64,000 bases of DNA, taken from the human T2T-CHM13v2.0 reference genome, Homo sapiens. Position numbers and translations under genes: made by a program. The first letter of the stretch is position 1. The number at the start of each line of letters is the position of its first letter. Under the pieces are notes generated by a model. That model was given only the letters and a program-made list of their open reading frames with translations, was not told the DNA's origin and searched no databases. Shown one piece after another: positions 57,307 through 64,000 of the stretch. Location: NCBI RefSeq assembly GCF_009914755.1, contig NC_060926.1; one strand, written 5' to 3'.

Positions 57307-57761
57307 AAAGATTGACTATAATTTCCTAGAAGTGGTCCTTCATAAAAGGGGCTTAAAATTCCTTTTTTGGGTGCTTCCTTGCAGACATCTACTAAAAAGT
57401 CTCTAGATCTTCCAATATTTTCACAAATAAACTTCATTAAAGTATATATCTATACCTATATATATCTATATCTATAAAGTATATATCTATATGTATATAT
57501 AGATATATCATAAAGATTTATCTGTTATTGCTTAGGAGATTGGAAAAAACCTGTCCTGACCATAATATTAAATAGCTCTGGAAAACGCATACCATATTTG
57601 GTTCTTTTTAACTTATCTTTGGATTGGCATCTCTTTAATTACCTCCCAACTTATTTCTTGGAGCAGCTAGGCCTAAATGGATGTAGTCTATTTAAAATAG
57701 TCATGTGATATTCTGTGATATTCCTCTGTTTAGGTAAAATAAGTTGATAATTATATCTTCT

Positions 57762-58700
<939 letters not shown>

Positions 58701-59170
58701 TTATAGAATCTAGTATCAAAAATCTAAGCTCTACAATACTATATTATTGTACAAGTTTATGCATGGGCCTTCAAATGAATTGTCAGCAAGGAGAAATCGA
58801 AGCTAAGTTTCTTGATAATGCAACAATTGCTCTACTCAGAATCTGAAACACATAGACTGTGCATTCCTATTGTCTTATAATCAAGTACAATTATATAAAT
58901 GAAGATTTTAATAAACATTAAAAAACTTAACCAGTAAAACAGCATTAGTTGATTCTGTGACTAACATTAATCCCACTGTTTATAAAAAGTATTATCTAAG
59001 CTTGTCTTCCTATAAAAATCCTCAATTGTTTTTCAATAAAGGTGAATATAAATTTTAAAATACGCCAATAGAGCTATGATTACAAATACATTGACCTAAA
59101 ATTATCTATGATTTTTATTTTGCTTTTCAAGTGAAAAAAATAAAAGGAACAAACACATAAACCAAAAAAG

Positions 59171-59309
59171 GGGGACCTCCTCTTTCAGCTTTAGAGTGCT
59201 CCCCTCCCTCTGTCTCTGTATGGGGGAGCTTCTTCCTTCTGTCTTCTCCCTTCCTTCTTGCCCCTTCTTGCCTATTAAACTCTCCATTCCTTAAAACCAA
59301 AAAAAAAAA
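59171..59309 (+). mobile_element. ERV1-class LTR R-region fragment ending in poly(A)
   Basis: CTTTCAGCTTTAGAGTGCTCCCCTCCCTCTGTCTCTGTATGGGGGAGCTTCTTCC...TCTTGCCTATTAAACTCTCCATTCCTTAAAACC followed by A11. I could not assign the subfamily. Confidence 0.7.
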
Positions 59310-59859
59310 GATCGTGTTCTTTCCAGAACTTTCAGTGTGATATGAGGAATAAAAGTAATCTGAACTATCAAAAAGTATGAAATGTATAAAATGGCAACTA
59401 ATTCCATACATTTATTACGTATTTGTTTGTTTCGCTCAATGCAGATGAAGGATAAGTCAATGTAGTTAATATTTTGTATCTGCTATTCACTTTACTTTTT
59501 CGGCTTTGATTCAGCTGTATAAAAACAACAGTCCAGGCAGAAAATTGGCAAATGGACCTGAAACTCACATTCTCTCCGGTGAAATCATCTTATAATCATT
59601 TGCAAGAATTGAAAATTTCTGCAAATATATAGATCTGCACAAAGCAAAATTTACAAGTATGTAAACACACACATCATCCCAGATTTAATGATAAAATAAG
59701 AATAAAATAAATGCAGAAAATCAAATAGTAATTTTAAAATGTAAGTTTACAAACTTCAGTGGCATGAATATCAAAAATGGTAACACTTTACACATAATTG
59801 TAAAAATCACATAAAACATGTAGATATATGAATGTGTATACTCTTATAAAGCTCTTCAT

Positions 59860-59985
59860 TTCTTTATTTCTTTAAGAGATGGGGTCTTGCTATATTGCCC
59901 ATGCTGGCCTTGAACTCCTGGGTGATCATCCTGCCTCAACCTCCTGAGTAGCTGAGACTATAGGTGTGTATCTCCATGCCTGGCT
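59860..59985 (-). mobile_element. FLAM / AluJ left monomer
   Basis: AGAGATGGGGTCTTGCTATATTGCCCATGCTGGCCTTGAACTCCTGGG...CCATGCCTGGC. Confidence 0.85.
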
Positions 59986-61144
59986 TTGAGTATTTTATTT
60001 TTATCAAATCAGCTATTAGACTAAATCTTTGTGGAACAACTTAAACCGTATGTTTATTGTTATATATGTAACAAATCTTCATACTAGAATCATGTTTTTA
60101 CAGCTGTTGCACTATGTATGTTCAATCCATCCACAGTAATTAATCTCTATGACTGAGGACTTTAACTGCTTTCCTCTGGGAATCACTAGCATTCTTTGCT
60201 TTCCTTTTCAATGAAAAGCATCTTTTACAATCATGGCATCTGCTCAAGAATGGGATAAGATCCATAGTACTTTTTGAAGTTCCAGATTCTACTATGATAT
60301 CCAAGACTATATACTGCAGTGTTTCCAGTACATAGAACTGCAGTTCTCTCTCTGATTAGTGTTATCTTTGCAGATTTTAAGTCAGATTTCTTAGATAGGA
60401 AAAAACCTGGTATGTATAGAGGAAAGTTAAATATGGTATTTCTACAGAATGATGAGTCATTTCTGGAATGCAACTGAAAGTTGATCTGGACAGGAAGATA
60501 CACAGGATCTAGAGAATGGGAGGTTTTAACCTCACAGAAAATGTGTATTTGAAGCAATAAGAATTAGGAAATTAATGAAGTTCTGCTATCCTTTAACAAT
60601 GCTTCTCTCTTTAGGTTTTGTGAAATGAAATCATTCTTGTTCCCATAAGTTGCTATTGCCAAACATGGTTTTATGGCTCACTGCCAGGTTCTTCCTATAT
60701 GTCTGATACCCTGAAGTGAAATAGAATGGCTCTTATAAACCTTTTAAACTAGATGGCATAGTGAAGATAAGCCATGTAAAGTATGATAATTGTGAATAAT
60801 ACAGAATTATCTTTGAAAACCAATAAATAACATTCATAAGTGATCATTTTTGTGTTATTTTGTTTATTCTATGTGTCCTCTAGCTCAACTGTTGGGTTGT
60901 TCTTTGATCAAAGGAACCCTTATTTTATTCCTTTTTGCATTTCCCAAGATTCTGATACTCTATACCCTGCTGCTCTATGTTGCATACTATAAAATATATT
61001 GAAATGACTTAATAAAGACTTAAAAATGTTATTTAGTGTCATGGTTCTTGTCTTTCTCACTGGATCTCTCAATATTTTTCTGACTCAATTTTTCATTGAT
61101 TTCTAAAATAATGCCTCAAATTCGTTACTTTCACTATGTCTAAG

Positions 61145-61893
61145 TCCCAATTTTCCTTACCTCTCAATAAATCTATTGCAACAGCCTCCTAACCATGATG
61201 CTTGTCTTGATTTTTTTCTAAACCTCATTTCAATTTCATAAACATCATTATGTTGCTCCCTACATAAAAATGTTTTATGACTTAACATTTTCTCTAAGTT
61301 AAAGTCTAAATATCCCAGCACAGCATATAAGCCCCTTTGGAATCTTGTCCCAACAATTTTTTCACTTGATTCCATGAACTCTATCATCCAGTCACACCGA
61401 ATGGCTTCAATCCTGCCAAGAACGAACTCTGTATTATCCTGATACACAGCACAGCATAATGCTTAAGAGCATAGGCTCTGAAGCCAGATGGCCTGCAGTG
61501 AAACATACCTGTGTTTTTAACAGTTAGCAGACACAAGTATGGCTAATATGATTGTTAGTCCTTTCTACAATCACTGTCATCTCCCTGAGTCTGCTTAACG
61601 TGACATCCTCCTGCTCTAGGACATGCCTGTACATCACTGTATGATTTAGCTTAAATGTAATTTCATCTAACATGATATTTCCAACCTTCCCAGTTGCTAT
61701 CCTGTAATAATAGTTACATAGTTGATATAGCATTTTATCACCTAGCAGAATTATGGTCTGTTTATATTATTTCTCTATCACTACAAAAGTGAGTTATTAG
61801 GTTGCATAGGCCAACTTGTTATTTTAGTAACCCCGGTACCTAGCCTATTTCCTGGCATATAAGAAAGTTTTCAGTAAATGTTTATTGAACTAA
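61145..61893 (+). mobile_element. L2 3' portion with a MIR fragment at ~61447-61520
   Basis: CTATTGCAACAGCCTCCTAAC...; end CCTGGCATATAAG...CAGTAAATGTTTATTGAA; MIR piece TTAAGAGCATAGGCTCTGAAGCCAGA. Confidence 0.7.
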
Positions 61894-63486
61894 GTTAGGA
61901 AAAAAATAATGCAAAAATTAAATTACATTGCTTAAAATATAACATTGGACCCCCAAAATTATCAGGTCCATCATGTGTCTAAGAAATATTTTCATATTCT
62001 GAGTGAAATTATTGCATCTTCTCTAATAGAGTGGTATATATACAAATTATATTGATATTTTTAACATATTATTTTCTTCATGATTTACAAACTCTCAACA
62101 GAAGTTTCTTCTGAAAATAGCACCACAAAAACCTATTTGATTTTACTTTTAAATTTCCATGGATGCAAATGACTTACCTGGGTGGATTGCTGGTTATAAT
62201 TACCTTGAGAGCTGCTAAAAGTCCTAAAAGTATTTGTGACCTAGACTGTCATATTTAGTAAGACTTCACTGTCCTCCTTGTGATTCTCCCAGTATCCATC
62301 ATCTTCCTTTTCTTTCTCCAATTGTTTCCTTCTTCCTTTATTGTCTACCACTCTTTTTATAGTTGCCCATACAACTCTAATAGGTTTTGTAAACTTTTAA
62401 TTTGAAAATTGTTCCATTTAGCATTCCATAAATTTGGGAAGTAAAACTCAATATAGATTATTTTAATGCATGTCATTGTCCCTGCCAATTATCTGTAAAA
62501 TATATTTTTGTGTTCTCAAGTACAAGTGGCCATAAAAAAAGTACAATTCCTTCATAAAAGTGACATCAAGCTTATAAAATGTCTTTACATTTTCAATTTA
62601 CCTTAGTTGTGGAATTGTATTGAAATATACTGTCCTAATCATTCATATTCTAGACACTTGTTATTAATAGGTATTTATACTAAAATAAGATTTCCATTGT
62701 TATGTCCTATTATTTTGAAACTTAGTCATATGCCCTTTATTGAGATATCTACATCGAAATAAGATTATTATAAGATATCATGCTAAGTTACTATAAGATC
62801 AAAATTCTAATCTCAAGCAGTGATATGTTCTAATAGACCATAAATCACTAGCACCCTTTGTGGTAATATAACAACCTTGGCATAAATATAATGTTATAGT
62901 GCATGTGAAGCACACAAATGAGAGGACTAAAATACAGTTTTCCAGGTAAGAATACAACTTTCATTCTCAAAGGGACTCCTCAAACTTGGTAATTTTTATT
63001 ATATATATATGTATATATACTCTCAGTGTCTACTTGTATGAATTTCAGAGACATCAGTGAAAATCCCCATCTGTGGACTTGTGAAATAAAGACTTTTGGG
63101 TTTTGATCAAGAATGCCTGATTTCTCATTTTCAGTATAAGGGAATTCAATTTGTTCGTTCATTCAACAATCAATTACTAAGTTTCTATCACGCAGAAAAT
63201 GTGGCACAAGGCCCTGGCATAAATTTAAATAAGACCTAGAAATTCTAAAAGTCAAGCTTAGTGTGGGAACACAATTCTAAGTGTCACATCATCATGTGAT
63301 TAGTGCTATATTTGAAGGTGAGTAATATTTTAGTATCATCAGGCAAGAAGTAAATATCTTCCATTAATAAATTTAAACTGTGGAAAGGCAGATTATCAGG
63401 GAACATAACACCAGAAAAGAGGATAATACACTGCATACAGAGGTAGAAGATGTGAGTCCAAAATTTTTTAAGCTGCCAAAAGATAT

Positions 63487-63608
63487 TTGGGCATGCCGAC
63501 AGTCCCAACTACTTGGGTGGCCAAGGCCAGAGGATCACTTGAGCCCAGGAGTTCCAGTCCACTCTGGGCAACATAGCAAAATCTATTTCTAAAATAAATA
63601 AATAAATA
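63487..63608 (+). mobile_element. FLAM (free left Alu monomer)
   Basis: AGTCCCAACTACTTGGG...AGGATCACTTGAGCCCAGGAGTTC...CTGGGCAACATAGC with a (TAAA)n tail. Confidence 0.85.
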
Positions 63609-64000
63609 CAATTTTGTGTTAACTGCTATATATTGGGGCCATTTTTTCTGGTAGTTAATCAAGTAATTTTCTCTATGCCAATAAATTAATTGATTAGACT
63701 CCATCTCTCTACCATGTGCCTTATAAAGGGCCTTTTCCAAAAGCAGTGAGCAGTGCTTTGGCATTAAAAAAAAAAAAAACCCTCTAGTCATGGGTCATTC
63801 AGACTTTATTGTGGGACATTTTTAGAGCATGGAGGCACACCTATGTTCACGTACTACATCTATATAAAATGGTATTCCCTAGCAGTAAGTATAGGACAAT
63901 ATTTCAAATCTTATATCAAAAGTGAACAAAGAAAATCTAATTGAAGCAAAAGCTCTTTCTCTAAGCTGTTTTCCATCATAAACCAAAAATATATATTTCT

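Noticed and set aside
60231-60557. 108-aa minus ORF and a possible 36-nt plus micro-exon (TTTGCAG...CTG|GTATGT)
   Set aside because: Non-ATG start, no homology recognised, and splice signals of ordinary chance strength.
62936-62952. TTTTCCAG|GTAAGA recursive-splice-like motif
   Set aside because: The pyrimidine tract is only 6 nt and the host transcript strand is unknown.

Overview
This window is AT-rich, CpG-depleted primate genomic DNA. An AluYb8-type insertion points to human. It looks intronic or intergenic: I found no protein-coding exon, RNA gene or CpG island that I can support, and the ORF-track entries are either decayed LINE-1 frames or chance/repeat-derived ORFs. Main content: a near full-length, inactive L1PA6/7-like LINE-1 (minus strand, 1-~5485) carrying a nested AluYb8; about ten Alus/FLAMs; solo LTRs (MLT2, THE1, MER21, MLT1, LTR12/ERV9); DNA-transposon fossils (MER81, MER30, MER6-like, Charlie-type); and old L1M, L2 and MIR fragments. 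Repeat subfamily calls come from remembered consensus motifs, not a database run. The most unusual signals are: (i) a 78-bp patch at 35340-35417 built from two sequences found 1.7 kb upstream and 1.0 kb downstream, joined by a linker that folds back on both halves; (ii) a polyadenylated ERV-LTR fragment at 59171-59309 that looks L1-retrocopied; (iii) a decayed SCAN/Gypsy-Gag-like reading frame beside an NF-Y-rich LTR12; (iv) a 40-bp duplication straddling an Alu 5' junction. I cannot claim a new biological system; these are candidates to test.
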